Assembly (NCBI GenBank): GCA_964355095.1
Contig: CAYHCX010000008.1
Coordinates: 7,320-64,465 of the forward strand
Origin: an uncultured Acidobacterium sp.
GTDB lineage: Bacteria > Acidobacteriota > Vicinamibacteria > Vicinamibacterales > UBA2999
Length of the DNA stretch: 57,146 nt
Reading direction: 5' to 3'
Shown here piece by piece: positions 32,914 through 42,732 of this stretch. How positions within the stretch are numbered: the stretch's first letter is position 1; every line of letters begins with the position of its first letter. The notes under the pieces are model-generated. The model saw nothing but the letters and a program-made list of their open reading frames with translations. It ran no database searches and was not told the DNA's origin. The translations under genes and the position numbers were made by a program.

Positions 32914-35088
32914 ATGATTCGCTTCGAGGATCTGCTCGACAAGGTCCGCGGTTACAGCCCGGACGCCGATCTCGAGTTGCTCCGCCGGGCCTACGTATTT
33001 TCGGCCCTGGAGCACAAGGGACAGATCCGCCATTCGGGCGAACCCTACCTGGTCCACCCCCTGGAAGTGGCCGACATCCTGGCCGAAATGAAGCTGGACG
33101 CGGTCTGCATCGCGGCCGGCCTGCTCCACGACGTGGTCGAAGACACGCTGACCACCCCCGAGAAGATCCGCGAGAAGTTCGGCGAGGACGTCGCCCACAT
33201 TGTCGAGGGCGTCACCAAGATCGGCGCCATCCCCTTTTCGTCCACCGAGGAGCGACAGGCGGAGAACTTCCGCAAGATGCTGCTGGCGATGGTGGACGAC
33301 ATCCGCGTCATCCTGGTCAAGCTCGCCGACCGGCTCCACAACATGCGCACGCTCCAGCACATGCCCGACGACCGGCGCGCCCGCATAGCGCAGGAGACGC
33401 TCGACATCTACGCGCCGATAGCCAACCGGCTGGGCATGAGCCGCATCAAGAACGAGCTCGAGGAGCTGTCGTTCCGCTACCTCGAGCCCACCGCCTTCGA
33501 GTCGCTCCGCTCCAGGGTGGCGGCCAAGCGCAAGCCCACCGAGGGGATGATCGAGCAGCTGACCGCCGACATCCGCGACAAGCTGCGCGAGGCGCAGGTG
33601 CCGGTGATCAGCGTCGACGGCCGGGTCAAGCGCCTCTACAGCATCTGGCTCAAGCTCAAGCGCCAGAAGATCGACCTCGAGCAGGTCTACGACTTCGTCG
33701 CCCTCCGCATCGTCACGCCGTCGGTGAAGGACTGTTACGCCGCGCTCGGGATCATTCACCAGACGTGGTCGCCGGTGCCGGGCCGCATCAAGGACTTCAT
33801 CGCCATGCCGCGGCCCAACGGCTACCAGTCGCTGCATACCTCGGTAATCAGCGACCGCGGCTTTCCCTTCGAGGTGCAGATCCGCACCGAGGAAATGCAC
33901 CGGCTGGCCGAGGAAGGCATTGCCGCGCACTGGAAGTACAAGGAAGGCCGCGTCGGTGCCGGCCGCGACGAGCAGTACTTCCAGTGGCTGCGGCAGCTGC
34001 TCGAATGGCAGCAGGAAGTCCGCGACCCGCAGGAATTCCTGTCGAACCTCAAGATCGATCTCTACCCCGAAGAGGTCTACACCTTCACGCCGCGCGGCAC
34101 GGTGAAGGTGCTGCCGAAGGGCTCCACCGCGATCGACTTCGCCTACGCGATTCACACCGACGTCGGCCACCAGTGCGTCGGCGCCCGCGTCAACGGGCGC
34201 ATGGTGCCGCTGCGCACCCGCCTCAAGAACGGCGACATCGTCGAGATTGTCCGCAACGCCTCGCACAAGCCCAGCCGCGACTGGCTGAACTTCGCGGTCA
34301 CCTCGCGCGCGCGCAACAAGATCAAGCACCTGATCCAGGGGGAAGAGAAGGACCGCGCGGTCGAGCTCGGCAAGCGCGTGTTCGACAAGGAAGCGCGCCG
34401 GTTCGGACTGAACGGCACGAAGCTGGTCGAAGGCGAGGCGATGGGCAGGATTCTCGCCGAGTTCGCCGCCGCCAAGCCGGAGGACCTGCTCGCGCAGATT
34501 GGTTACGGCAAGGTGTCGCCGCGCCTGGTGCTCGACAAGATCGTCCCCCAGGACCAGTTGAAGGAGCAGGCGCCGGAACACCCGGTGCTGTCGGCGGTGA
34601 AGCGCGTGCTGCGGACCGGCTCCGAGCCCGATCGCATCAAGGTCCGCGGCGCCGACGACCTGATGGTGTTCCGGGCGAAGTGCTGCAACCCGATTCGCGG
34701 CGAGAGCATCGTCGGCTACATCACGCGCGGCAAGGGCGTGTCGGTGCACGCCGCCAAGTGCCCGAATGTGATCAACCTGATGTACGACCCCGAGCGCCGC
34801 ATCGACGTCGAATGGGACAAGGGCGCCGACATCGCGCCCTACACCGTGCGGCTGACGATCGAGGTCGAAGACCGCAAGGGCATGCTGGCCGAGCTCAGCC
34901 AGCGGATTTCCGACATCAACACCAACATCACCAACGTCGAGGCCCGCACCGGCGACCAGCGCGGGCGCATCGACATCACCGTCGAGATCAAGGACATGAA
35001 ACACCTCGAGCAGGTGATCAAGGCGATCCGCGGGATCAAAGGGGTGTTGGACGTGGAGCGGACGGCGCCTATCCCAGAACGGCGATGA
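32914..35088 (+). CDS. relA: Bifunctional (p)ppGpp synthetase/hydrolase (long RSH)
   Basis: R.SGEPY, HDVVEDT, KLADRLHNMRT, RIKD, YQSLHT, EVQIRT, plus TGS, CC zinc and ACT regions. Confidence 0.96.
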   Translation: MIRFEDLLDKVRGYSPDADLELLRRAYVFSALEHKGQIRHSGEPYLVHPLEVADILAEMKLDAVCIAAGLLHDVVEDTLTTPEKIREKFGEDVAHIVEGVTKIGAIPFSSTEERQAENFRKMLLAMVDDIRVILVKLADRLHNMRTLQHMPDDRRARIAQETLDIYAPIANRLGMSRIKNELEELSFRYLEPTAFESLRSRVAAKRKPTEGMIEQLTADIRDKLREAQVPVISVDGRVKRLYSIWLKLKRQKIDLEQVYDFVALRIVTPSVKDCYAALGIIHQTWSPVPGRIKDFIAMPRPNGYQSLHTSVISDRGFPFEVQIRTEEMHRLAEEGIAAHWKYKEGRVGAGRDEQYFQWLRQLLEWQQEVRDPQEFLSNLKIDLYPEEVYTFTPRGTVKVLPKGSTAIDFAYAIHTDVGHQCVGARVNGRMVPLRTRLKNGDIVEIVRNASHKPSRDWLNFAVTSRARNKIKHLIQGEEKDRAVELGKRVFDKEARRFGLNGTKLVEGEAMGRILAEFAAAKPEDLLAQIGYGKVSPRLVLDKIVPQDQLKEQAPEHPVLSAVKRVLRTGSEPDRIKVRGADDLMVFRAKCCNPIRGESIVGYITRGKGVSVHAAKCPNVINLMYDPERRIDVEWDKGADIAPYTVRLTIEVEDRKGMLAELSQRISDINTNITNVEARTGDQRGRIDITVEIKDMKHLEQVIKAIRGIKGVLDVERTAPIPERR

Positions 35089-35449
35089 CGTCGATTTCGA
35101 CGCGCACGTCCCTGGGGAGCTTCACCACCTGCACGGTGGACCTGGCCGGGAACGGCGCCGTGAAGTAGCTCGCGTAGACGTCGTTCATCGCGGCGAACTC
35201 GCCGAGGTCCACCATGAACACGGTGGTGCGCGCCACGTGCGAGAAGTCCGCGCCGGCCGCCGCCAGCAGCGCCTTGATGTTTTCCATCACGCGCGCCGCC
35301 TGGGCGGTGATGTCGCCGGCCACGATCTGGCCGGTGACGGGATCAAGCGGAATCGACCCCGATAGGAACAGCAGGTTCCCGACCTTGAGCGCCGGCGAAT
35401 AAGGCCCGATGGCCTTGGCCGCGCCGGCTGCCGTCACCAGTTCCCGCAT
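35069..35449 (-). CDS. ridA: RidA/YjgF enamine-imine deaminase
   Basis: AIGPYS, LSGSIPLDP, MNDVYASYF..PFPARS, VEIDVIA. Confidence 0.92.
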   Translation of the reverse strand: MRELVTAAGAAKAIGPYSPALKVGNLLFLSGSIPLDPVTGQIVAGDITAQAARVMENIKALLAAAGADFSHVARTTVFMVDLGEFAAMNDVYASYFTAPFPARSTVQVVKLPRDVRVEIDVIAVLG

Positions 35450-35665
35450 TTAGGCGGCCTTGACGTTCTTGTTCGACCCCGCCTTGACGATCTTGCTCGA
35501 ACGGATGCAGCGCGTGCAGACCTTCACGCGCTTGGTGGCGCCATCGACGACCGCACGAACCGTCTGGAGGTTCGGCTCGAAGCGGCGGGGACGGACGTTG
35601 TGGGCGTGAGAGACACGGCGGCCCACCACCGGACCCTTGCCACAGATTTCACAGCGCATTGCCAT
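35450..35665 (-). CDS. rpmB: 50S ribosomal protein L28 (zinc-binding type)
   Basis: RCEICGKGP..G..VSHA, RRFEPNLQ, VCTRC; AAGGAG RBS. Confidence 0.96.
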   Translation of the reverse strand: MAMRCEICGKGPVVGRRVSHAHNVRPRRFEPNLQTVRAVVDGATKRVKVCTRCIRSSKIVKAGSNKNVKAA

Positions 35666-35697
35666 TAAACAGGCTCCTTGAAGAAACCCCTATCTTA

Positions 35698-36028
35698 TCA
35701 GTACGGGGCCTGACCCCGAGCAGGTTCTGCCCGAGAGGTCTGGCCCCTTCGCAGGGCCGCGGTGGGGTCAGACCCCTCCCCGGATTCTCTATCGGGTTCA
35801 GACCCCGATGATCCGGCTGGCCTCGGGCCGGGCCGGCGCGCCCTGGTGTCGATTTGCCGTCTGACCACGGCCGCCGGGTGGCGTTGGGCGGCCTCCAGGT
35901 GCCGGCAATCAGCCGGGCAGGAAATATCAATGAGCCGTTTGGTGGCGCAGCAGGTGGGACAAATTTCCCGGCCCAGTGCGGGGGCAGTCCCGCTTGGTGG
36001 GGCGTTTCTGACACAAGGGGCACGTCAT
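35698..36028 (-). pseudogene. Frameshifted, probably truncated Cys-rich zinc-finger-like gene
   Basis: MTCPLCQKRPTKRDCP; removing one C of the C5 run (35980-35984) continues ALGREICPTCCATKRLIDISCPADCRHLEAAQRHPAA, which then runs into REPs. Confidence 0.6.
35705..35806. repeat. Four GGGGTCAGACCCC-family REPs
   Basis: Copies at 35705-35717, 35735-35747, 35764-35776 and 35794-35806. Confidence 0.8.
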
Positions 36029-36458
36029 TTGGTGCCCCTTGTGAAGGCGGCCCGCCTCCGCTCGCGGCGTTTTCGGGCGAGCTACGGCGAGGTCTCGCCG
36101 TAGCGGCCCATCAAAAGGCTGGCCGCGTAGGCGGAGTGTAATTGTTGCCACACAGTATGTCCATATGCTACCTTTTCCCGGTTTGTGGGTGTCCCCGATA
36201 AGTGACACATACAGGGGAGAACCCAAAACGCGGGTCCGGCGTCTAATCTTCAGTAAACGGTGTTCGGACCGCTGATATTCGGAAACGGCAGTGGCTGTTA
36301 AGCCTCTGATAACAAACGCGATAGACATGGAAGACCAGGGCAGGGCCCGTCGTCGGGCAAGCGGACGGCAGGCACTTTCAAGCTCTCCGGTTCATATCCC
36401 CAGTCATCCTTTCCGTCGCTCATATCGGTAATTGGAAGCTCAAGTTCGGTCAGGTTCA

Positions 36459-36475
36459 TAGGCATCGCTCTTGCT
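36459..36475 (+). promoter_or_regulatory. Sigma-54 (-24/-12) promoter
   Basis: TAGGCATCGCTCTTGCT: GG-N10-GC with GGCA and TTGCT, 75 nt before the DksA-like ATG. Confidence 0.65.
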
Positions 36476-36549
36476 TATAGACGGTCGCAAGAGCGGGGCA
36501 ATTTAATAGCTTCCCCAAAAGGGTGAAGTCGGAAGGAGCGGCTGAAGTC

Positions 36550-37014
36550 ATGGCAGCCAAGTCAAAGAAGCGGAACGTCGCAGTAGCGGACGTGCCCGTC
36601 GGGGCACGGTACGACGAGTTGAAGCGGATGCTCATCGAGCGTCAGCGCGAGATCCTGAACGAAGTTCAGGGCAAGATCCGCGATGTTCGCGCCGAGGGCT
36701 CTGAAAAGGACCGCGAAGTCCTCGATCCTGGTGAGACCTCTGAGGTCGACATTCAGGAAGACATTGAATTCGCCCTCATCCAGATGAAGGCGGAGACGCT
36801 GAACAAGATCAACGAGGCATTGTCGCGCCTCGAAGAGGGCACTTACGGTCATTGCTTCGAGTGCGGTGAAGAGATCGCCCAGCCCCGGCTGCGCGCGCTG
36901 CCCTTCGCCGTCCGCTGCAAAGACTGCGAAGAAGCCCGCGAGATGGCCCAGCAGCGCGAACGCATCCAGGCGCGCCGCGGTTCGTCCAGCCTCGGCTTCG
37001 ACATGCGGGGATAA
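36550..37014 (+). CDS. TraR/DksA family C4 zinc-finger protein
   Basis: Coiled coil, I.EAL.RLEEGTYGHCFECGEEI...RLRALPFAVRCKDC. Confidence 0.93.
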   Translation: MAAKSKKRNVAVADVPVGARYDELKRMLIERQREILNEVQGKIRDVRAEGSEKDREVLDPGETSEVDIQEDIEFALIQMKAETLNKINEALSRLEEGTYGHCFECGEEIAQPRLRALPFAVRCKDCEEAREMAQQRERIQARRGSSSLGFDMRG

Positions 37015-37082
37015 CACCCGGCGTCCTGTCACAGGCTCCGCCGGTGGCGGGGCCTGTTAAAGTCCCGCCTCCGGCTCACTTT

Positions 37083-37150
37083 CAGAAGTTGGAAGTTGGA
37101 AGTTGGAAGTCAGAAGTACTTCACACTTCCAACTTCACACTTCAAACTTC
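37083..37150. repeat. GAAGTTG heptamer inverted arrays
   Basis: About five GAAGT(T/C)(G/A) units facing ACTTC units. Confidence 0.8.
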
Positions 37151-37175
37151 CCATCGCCCCGGGAGGGGCGGCATC

Positions 37176-39638
37176 GTGAGCAATCAACTCGAGCCGTTGG
37201 ATCCAAGCGGGTCGGATACCGCGACCTTTAGCGTGCCGCCCGAGATGCCGGTGTTGCCGTTGCGCGACACCGTGCTGTTCCCGCAGGCGTTCATGCCGCT
37301 CGCCGTGGCCCGCGAAAGCTCCGTCAAGCTGATTGACGAAGCGGTGGCCAGCGGCCAGACCATCGCCGTGTTCGCGCAGCGCGAAGCCGGCGAGGACGAG
37401 CCCGGGCAGAGCGACCTCCACGAAATCGGCACCGCCAGCCAGATCCATAAGATGTTCAAGCTGCCGGACGGCAGCCTGCGCATCATCGTGCAGGGCCTCG
37501 CCCGCGTCCGCCTCGACGAGGTCACGGCGACGCGGCCGTACTTGAAGGGCCGCGCCAGCGAAGCGATCGAGGTGTTGAAGGACGAAGATCGCCTCGAGAT
37601 CGACGCGCTGCAGCGCAACATCAAGGCTAACTTCCAGCAGATCGTCTCGCTGTCGCCGCTGATGTCGGACGACCTGCAGGCCCTCGCCTCGAACATCACC
37701 GACCCGGGCCGCCTCGCCGACTTCATTGCCTCCGGGCTCGGCACCATCGGCACCGAAACCAAGCAGGAAGTGCTGCAGACGCTGGACGTCCGCGCCCGGC
37801 TCGACGTGCTCAACCGCCTGCTGATCAAGGAACTCGAGGTCCTCGAGCTCGGCTCGAAGATCCAGAGCCAGGTGCAGTCCGAGGTCGGCAAGAACCAGCG
37901 CGACTACTTCCTGCGCGAGCAGCTGAAGGCGATCCAGAAGGAACTCGGCGAAGGCGACGACCAGACCCGCGAGATCGAGGAACTGCGGACCAAGCTCGAA
38001 GCGGCCGGGCTGCCCGACCCGGTGAAGAAGGAAGCGTTGCGCGAGCTGGATCGGCTCTCGAAGATGCCCGCCGCCGCGGCGGAATACACGGTGGCCCGGA
38101 CCTACCTTGACTGGATCGTGGCGCTGCCGTGGTCGAAGCGGACCGACGAGGTCATCGACCTCAAGAAAACCAAGAGCATCATGGACGCCGAGCACTCCGG
38201 GCTCGACAAGGCCAAGGATCGCATTCTCGAATACCTCGCCGTGCGCAAGCTCAACCCCGGCATGAAGGGGCCCATCCTGTGCTTCGTCGGCCCGCCCGGC
38301 GTCGGCAAGACGTCGCTGGCGCGCTCGATCGCGCAGTCGCTCGGCCGCAAGTTCGTGCGTATCTCGCTCGGCGGCGTGCGGGACGAGGCGGAGATCCGCG
38401 GCCATCGCCGCACTTACGTCGGCGCGCTGCCCGGCCAGATCATCCAGGGCCTGCGCCGCGCCGAGTCGAAGAACCCGGTGTTCATCCTCGACGAGGTCGA
38501 CAAGCTCGGCGCCGACTTCCGGGGTGATCCCTCGTCCGCGCTGCTCGAGGTGCTCGACCCGGAACAGAACAACACGTTCCGCGATCACTATCTCGACGTG
38601 CCGTTCGACCTCTCGGAAGTGCTGTTTGTGACCACCGCCAATGTGCTGGACACGATCCCGCCGGCGCTGCGCGACCGCATGGAAGTGCTCGAGCTCCCCG
38701 GGTATACCGAGGAAGAAAAGCTGGCCATCGCGCGCGATCATCTCGTCGCCAAGCAGGTCGACAACCACGGGCTGAACAAGCAGCAGGTGGTGTTCACCGA
38801 CGCCGGCTTGCGCGCGGTGATCCGCGGCTACACGCGTGAAGCGGGCGTGCGCAACCTCGAGCGCGAGATCGGCGCGATCTGCCGCAAGATCGCCCGGCGC
38901 CGCGCCGAAGGCGGCACCGACAAGGTCAGGGTCACGCCGGAGTTCGTCGAGCAACTGCTGGGCTCGTTCCGCTTCATGGAAGAGGAAGTGAAGGACCGCA
39001 CCAAGCTGCCGGGCGTGGCGACGGGCATGGCCTGGACGCCGGTGGGCGGCGACGTGTTGTTCGTCGAGGCCACCCGCATGGCGGGCAACGGCTCACTGAC
39101 GCTGACCGGACAGCTCGGCGACGTGATGAAAGAATCGGCGCGCGCCGCCCTGTCATGGGTGCGGGCGCATGCCACCGAGTGGCAGATCGATCCCGAGTTC
39201 TTCAAGCACTCCGAGTTGCACGTGCACGTGCCGTCGGGCGCCATCCCCAAAGACGGTCCGTCGGCCGGCGTCACCATGGTCACCGCGATGGTGTCGGAGC
39301 TGACCCGGCGCCCGGTGCGCGGCGACCTGTCGATGACCGGCGAGATCACCCTGTCGGGCAAGGTCCTGCCGGTCGGCGGCATCAAGGAAAAGGTGCTGGC
39401 TGCCAAGCGTGCCGGCGTCAAGGAAGTGATCCTGCCGCGGCAGAACGAGAAGAACGTGCGTGAAGACCTCGGCGAGGAATTGCTGAAGGGCCTCACCATT
39501 CACCTGGTCAGCACCATCGACGAGGTGCTGCTGCTGGCGCTGGTGCAGGAGAACGATCGGCCGAAGAAGAAGAACGCCGACCGACCGGCCGCGTCCATCC
39601 ACAAGTCGCGGCCGGGGCATGCGCCCCGGTCGCGGTAG
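37176..39638 (+). CDS. lon: ATP-dependent Lon protease
   Basis: LON N-domain (PVLPLRD), [22 protein letters not shown], catalytic Lys in IKEKV; GGAGGG RBS before a GTG start. Confidence 0.97.
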   Translation: MSNQLEPLDPSGSDTATFSVPPEMPVLPLRDTVLFPQAFMPLAVARESSVKLIDEAVASGQTIAVFAQREAGEDEPGQSDLHEIGTASQIHKMFKLPDGSLRIIVQGLARVRLDEVTATRPYLKGRASEAIEVLKDEDRLEIDALQRNIKANFQQIVSLSPLMSDDLQALASNITDPGRLADFIASGLGTIGTETKQEVLQTLDVRARLDVLNRLLIKELEVLELGSKIQSQVQSEVGKNQRDYFLREQLKAIQKELGEGDDQTREIEELRTKLEAAGLPDPVKKEALRELDRLSKMPAAAAEYTVARTYLDWIVALPWSKRTDEVIDLKKTKSIMDAEHSGLDKAKDRILEYLAVRKLNPGMKGPILCFVGPPGVGKTSLARSIAQSLGRKFVRISLGGVRDEAEIRGHRRTYVGALPGQIIQGLRRAESKNPVFILDEVDKLGADFRGDPSSALLEVLDPEQNNTFRDHYLDVPFDLSEVLFVTTANVLDTIPPALRDRMEVLELPGYTEEEKLAIARDHLVAKQVDNHGLNKQQVVFTDAGLRAVIRGYTREAGVRNLEREIGAICRKIARRRAEGGTDKVRVTPEFVEQLLGSFRFMEEEVKDRTKLPGVATGMAWTPVGGDVLFVEATRMAGNGSLTLTGQLGDVMKESARAALSWVRAHATEWQIDPEFFKHSELHVHVPSGAIPKDGPSAGVTMVTAMVSELTRRPVRGDLSMTGEITLSGKVLPVGGIKEKVLAAKRAGVKEVILPRQNEKNVREDLGEELLKGLTIHLVSTIDEVLLLALVQENDRPKKKNADRPAASIHKSRPGHAPRSR

Positions 39639-39639
39639 G

Positions 39640-39795
39640 CCGCCGGTGTAGTCCCAGGTATCCCCAGTCCTGGTTCCGCGCCTCCGCCTTCGCCAGCGCC
39701 GCATCGTCCACCGGGGCCGGGGCCTGCTGGGCCGTGACCAGCGCGACCAACACGACGACGAGAGCGGTGATGCTTGCGGTGATCGAGCGAGCCAT
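39640..39795 (-). pseudogene. Remnant of a PQQ-dependent dehydrogenase-like gene
   Basis: Signal peptide plus VDDAALAKA...DW, joined out of frame to GDTWDYTG, a quinoprotein ADH-like internal motif. Confidence 0.55.
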
Positions 39796-39804
39796 CGGTA
39801 AACC

Positions 39805-40968
39805 TCAGCGCTTCAAGCGCGGAATGAACTTGGTGAGCCCCTGGATCGGCCCCACCTCACCAGCGTAAACGTTGCCTTGGCCGTCAACGGCGACGCCTTC
39901 GCCCATCGACCCGTAACCGCCCATGCCCGAGGCCTGCTTCGACACGTGCTCGGGCACGAAGTACCACACCTCGCCGGTGCGCGCGCTGCCCACGCGCAGG
40001 CCCTTGCGCCAGCCCGGGTTGTAGTTGTCGTCCGACTCCGAGTCGATCGCGTAGAGGGTGTCGTCGCGGGTGATGACCAGCCCGCTGATACGGCTGAACT
40101 GGTACCACGTGTCGAGGTGCTGGCCCTCCTGGTCGAAGATCTGGATGCGGCGGTTGCCGCGGTCCGCCACGAACAGGCGCCCCTTCGAGTCGAACGCCAG
40201 CGAGTGCGGCCCGCGGAACTGCGACGCGCCGAAGCCGAAGGTGCCGAAGGTCTTGATGAACTTGCCGTCGGCCGACCACTTCGAGATGCGGCCGATGGCG
40301 CCCGGCTGGTCCGCCGTGTCCAGGTACTGCGCGTTGTGCGCCTCGGCCACGAAGATGCTGCCATCGGGCGCGATGATCACGTCGTTGGGCTCGGTGAGCT
40401 TCGCCGGCGGCTCGCCGGCTTCACCCGGCGTGCCAATCGTCAGCAGCAGCTTTCCCTGCGGGCTGAACTTCAGCACCGTGTGGCCCTTGCCCGCCGCATC
40501 CGGAAACTGCTTCAGCTCCGCGGCCGTGGCCGAGCGGGCATCGACCACCCACACGTTGCCCTGCTTGTCGACGTCCATGCCGTGGGGCCAGAGAATGAGC
40601 CCGGCGCCGAGGCTCTGCACGACCTTGCCGGCCGGATCCAGCTTGACGATGGGATCCACTTTCGAGCCGGCGCAGGAGTTGGCGCCGCAGCGATCGCCGG
40701 CCCAGATGTGCTTGCCATCGGCATCGACGCTGATCGCGCTGACCGAGCCCCATTTCCGTCCATCGGGGAGCGTGCCCCAGTTGCGGACGGTTTCGTACGG
40801 GTTGGGGAGGTTGTTGATCGGCGTGACCTTGGCGTGCTCGGGCGGCCCGGATGCGCCACGCGGCGGGGCCGCTGGCCCCTGGGGCGCTTGCGCGACCAAG
40901 CTCACGCCCACGAAGCTGGCGAAGGCTGCACCGGAAAGAATGGCGGAACGGCGGCGGGTGGCGGTCAT
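39805..40968 (-). CDS. Secreted NHL-repeat beta-propeller protein
   Basis: WPHGMDVD..GNVWV.D, FRGPHSLAFDSKGRLFVADRGNRRIQIFD. Confidence 0.88.
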   Translation of the reverse strand: MTATRRRSAILSGAAFASFVGVSLVAQAPQGPAAPPRGASGPPEHAKVTPINNLPNPYETVRNWGTLPDGRKWGSVSAISVDADGKHIWAGDRCGANSCAGSKVDPIVKLDPAGKVVQSLGAGLILWPHGMDVDKQGNVWVVDARSATAAELKQFPDAAGKGHTVLKFSPQGKLLLTIGTPGEAGEPPAKLTEPNDVIIAPDGSIFVAEAHNAQYLDTADQPGAIGRISKWSADGKFIKTFGTFGFGASQFRGPHSLAFDSKGRLFVADRGNRRIQIFDQEGQHLDTWYQFSRISGLVITRDDTLYAIDSESDDNYNPGWRKGLRVGSARTGEVWYFVPEHVSKQASGMGGYGSMGEGVAVDGQGNVYAGEVGPIQGLTKFIPRLKR

Positions 40969-41068
40969 TGGGCGTCTCCTTGGACGCCCGATTGTGAGGT
41001 CTCACGCGCCGGGAATCAAGCCGGCATTCCCGAGGACCCCCCGCCGGCCGGCAAACGGTGCGGCGAGA

Positions 41069-41518
41069 CTACCTGTCGCTGCCGCCACCAGCGGCGGCGA
41101 CCATGGTCGGCCGGCTGATCGTCGGCGGGGTTTCACGCACCGCGCGCTGGAGCATCTGGATGGCCTTGCCGGGCGAGGCCATGGTCATCGTGCGGTCCAG
41201 GATGCCGACGTAGTAGCGCTGGCCAGTCACGGTCTCAACCTCGAACGCGCGCGCGGCTTCCTTGCTGGACTGGATTCGCGTGATCTCCGAGAGCGCGATA
41301 CGCCAGCCGTAGTTCGACGACTGAAAGGTCAGCACGCCATCGATGAGGGTGAGCCGTCCCCAGGTGTTCCCGGCCAACACGCCTTGGTTCGACGAGGCGG
41401 CCATCCAAGAAGCGCGGGTGTCGCGGGACTGCGCCTGTGCGGTGGTGGAAGCCGCTGCCAGCAGCACCAGCGCGAGTGTCAGGTTGAAGATCCATCGAGC
41501 GAATTTGTTGGCGTTCAT
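41069..41518 (-). CDS. Secreted hypothetical protein (possible PH/GRAM-like beta fold)
   Basis: Signal peptide ending AQA; G.LTL....L.F...I.L..I pattern; AGGTGA RBS. Confidence 0.7.
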   Translation of the reverse strand: MNANKFARWIFNLTLALVLLAAASTTAQAQSRDTRASWMAASSNQGVLAGNTWGRLTLIDGVLTFQSSNYGWRIALSEITRIQSSKEAARAFEVETVTGQRYYVGILDRTMTMASPGKAIQMLQRAVRETPPTISRPTMVAAAGGGSDR

Positions 41519-41541
41519 GTCGGTCACCTGCCCACACACAT

Positions 41542-41557
41542 AGCAAGTGAGCTGCCA
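41542..41557 (-). promoter_or_regulatory. Sigma-54 (-24/-12) promoter
   Basis: TGGCAGCTCACTTGCT, 24 nt before the ATG at 41518. Confidence 0.75.
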
Positions 41558-41811
41558 CTTTCGACAGATCGCTAATTTTGGCCAAAGAAGGCCAGAAACG
41601 GCGGTTTGTGGCCTTAATCTCCCGATCCAGCTCGCTCAACAAAACCGTAATCGACATGACAATAATGACTGTAGTATCAATATAGAACAAACAAAATCGG
41701 CTGCCGTGGTAATTGTTTCGTTAACTACATGTAAACAAATCACTTATCTATGATTGTTCCATATTGGAACCAATAGTCTAGGCTTGGAACGCGCCGAGGC
41801 ACCAACGCCTC

Positions 41812-42345
41812 CTAGACGAGCGTCAAACCGGCCAGCGTCTTGAGGTCCACGATCTCGCCGGAGGCCACCAGCGCGCGCGCCTCGCCGACCGTGAACGTGC
41901 GCGGCTCGATGTCCTCGTCCTCGTCTTTCCGCACCGTCGAGTCCGGCGCGGGGGGACGCAGTTCCTCGCAGAGGCAGTAGGTCATCTCCTCATCGCAGAA
42001 TCCCGGCGTCGGGTAATAGCCTCGCAACCGCGTGACTCGTCCTGGCGCCAGCCCGATCTCTTCCTCGCATTCCCTTGCCGCCGCGGCCACCAGGTCCTCG
42101 CCGGGCTTGAGGGTCCCCGCCGGCAGTTCCCAGATCCACCGATCGATGGCGTAGCGGTATTGGCGGATGAGGATGATCGATCCGGGTTCCGGCACCGGCA
42201 GCAACACCACCGAGCCGGGATGCCGCACCAGTTCCATGTCGATGGTGTGGCCGCCGGGCAGCGTGACGCGATCGATCTCGAGGCGGAAGATGCGTCCGCT
42301 GTGGACCACGGTGCGCGACAGGAGGTTGGCGGATTGGCTGTCCAT
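41812..42345 (-). CDS. NUDIX hydrolase (ADP-ribose pyrophosphatase-like)
   Basis: HPGSV, QYRY, ELPAG, Nudix box GTLKPGEDLVAAAARECEEEIG, DEDE.I, D.KT. Confidence 0.92.
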   Translation of the reverse strand: MDSQSANLLSRTVVHSGRIFRLEIDRVTLPGGHTIDMELVRHPGSVVLLPVPEPGSIILIRQYRYAIDRWIWELPAGTLKPGEDLVAAAARECEEEIGLAPGRVTRLRGYYPTPGFCDEEMTYCLCEELRPPAPDSTVRKDEDEDIEPRTFTVGEARALVASGEIVDLKTLAGLTLV

Positions 42346-42353
42346 GCGTTCGC

Positions 42354-42644
42354 TCACTGCGGCTTGGATTCGACCAACCACTTGAAGGCCGCCCGGATCT
42401 CGTCCGGCGACGTGGCGATACGCCGGCCCGAGTTAGCGGACATCGTCGTCGAACCCGGGAATGGACCGGCCCCAGGTGAGCCCGCGCGATTCAGGGGCGG
42501 TCATGATCACGCCGAACTCCTCGGCCAGCGGGAACATGCCGCGCACGCCCTCGCCGGTGCCGGCTCCCGCGCGGCGAGCGGCGAGCCGTGAAGCAGGCCC
42601 AGGGCGCCGGCGGCACTCACCGAAATGAAGGCGCGTCGATTCAT
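42354..42644 (-). pseudogene. Decayed Tat-exported esterase/phospholipase-like gene
   Basis: Tat signal MNRRAFISVSAAGALG; in another frame FPLAEEFGVIMTAPESRGLTW...FDDDVR then TAA (42433-42435); a further piece reads EIRAAFKWLVESKPQ-stop. Confidence 0.55.
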
Positions 42645-42732
42645 GGGCGGCACGTTACTACACTCCGCCGCGTCGGTGCGCTACGGCTTCATGGTCCACG
42701 GCTTCCTTGAAGATCGCTACCGCCGCTGATCC

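Noticed and set aside
35069-35088. 20-nt 3' overlap of rel and ridA
   Set aside because: Short convergent overlaps are common and both proteins look complete.
42660-42729. Short plus-strand stretch reading RYGFMVHGF, like a hydrolase His motif
   Set aside because: Too short to distinguish from chance.
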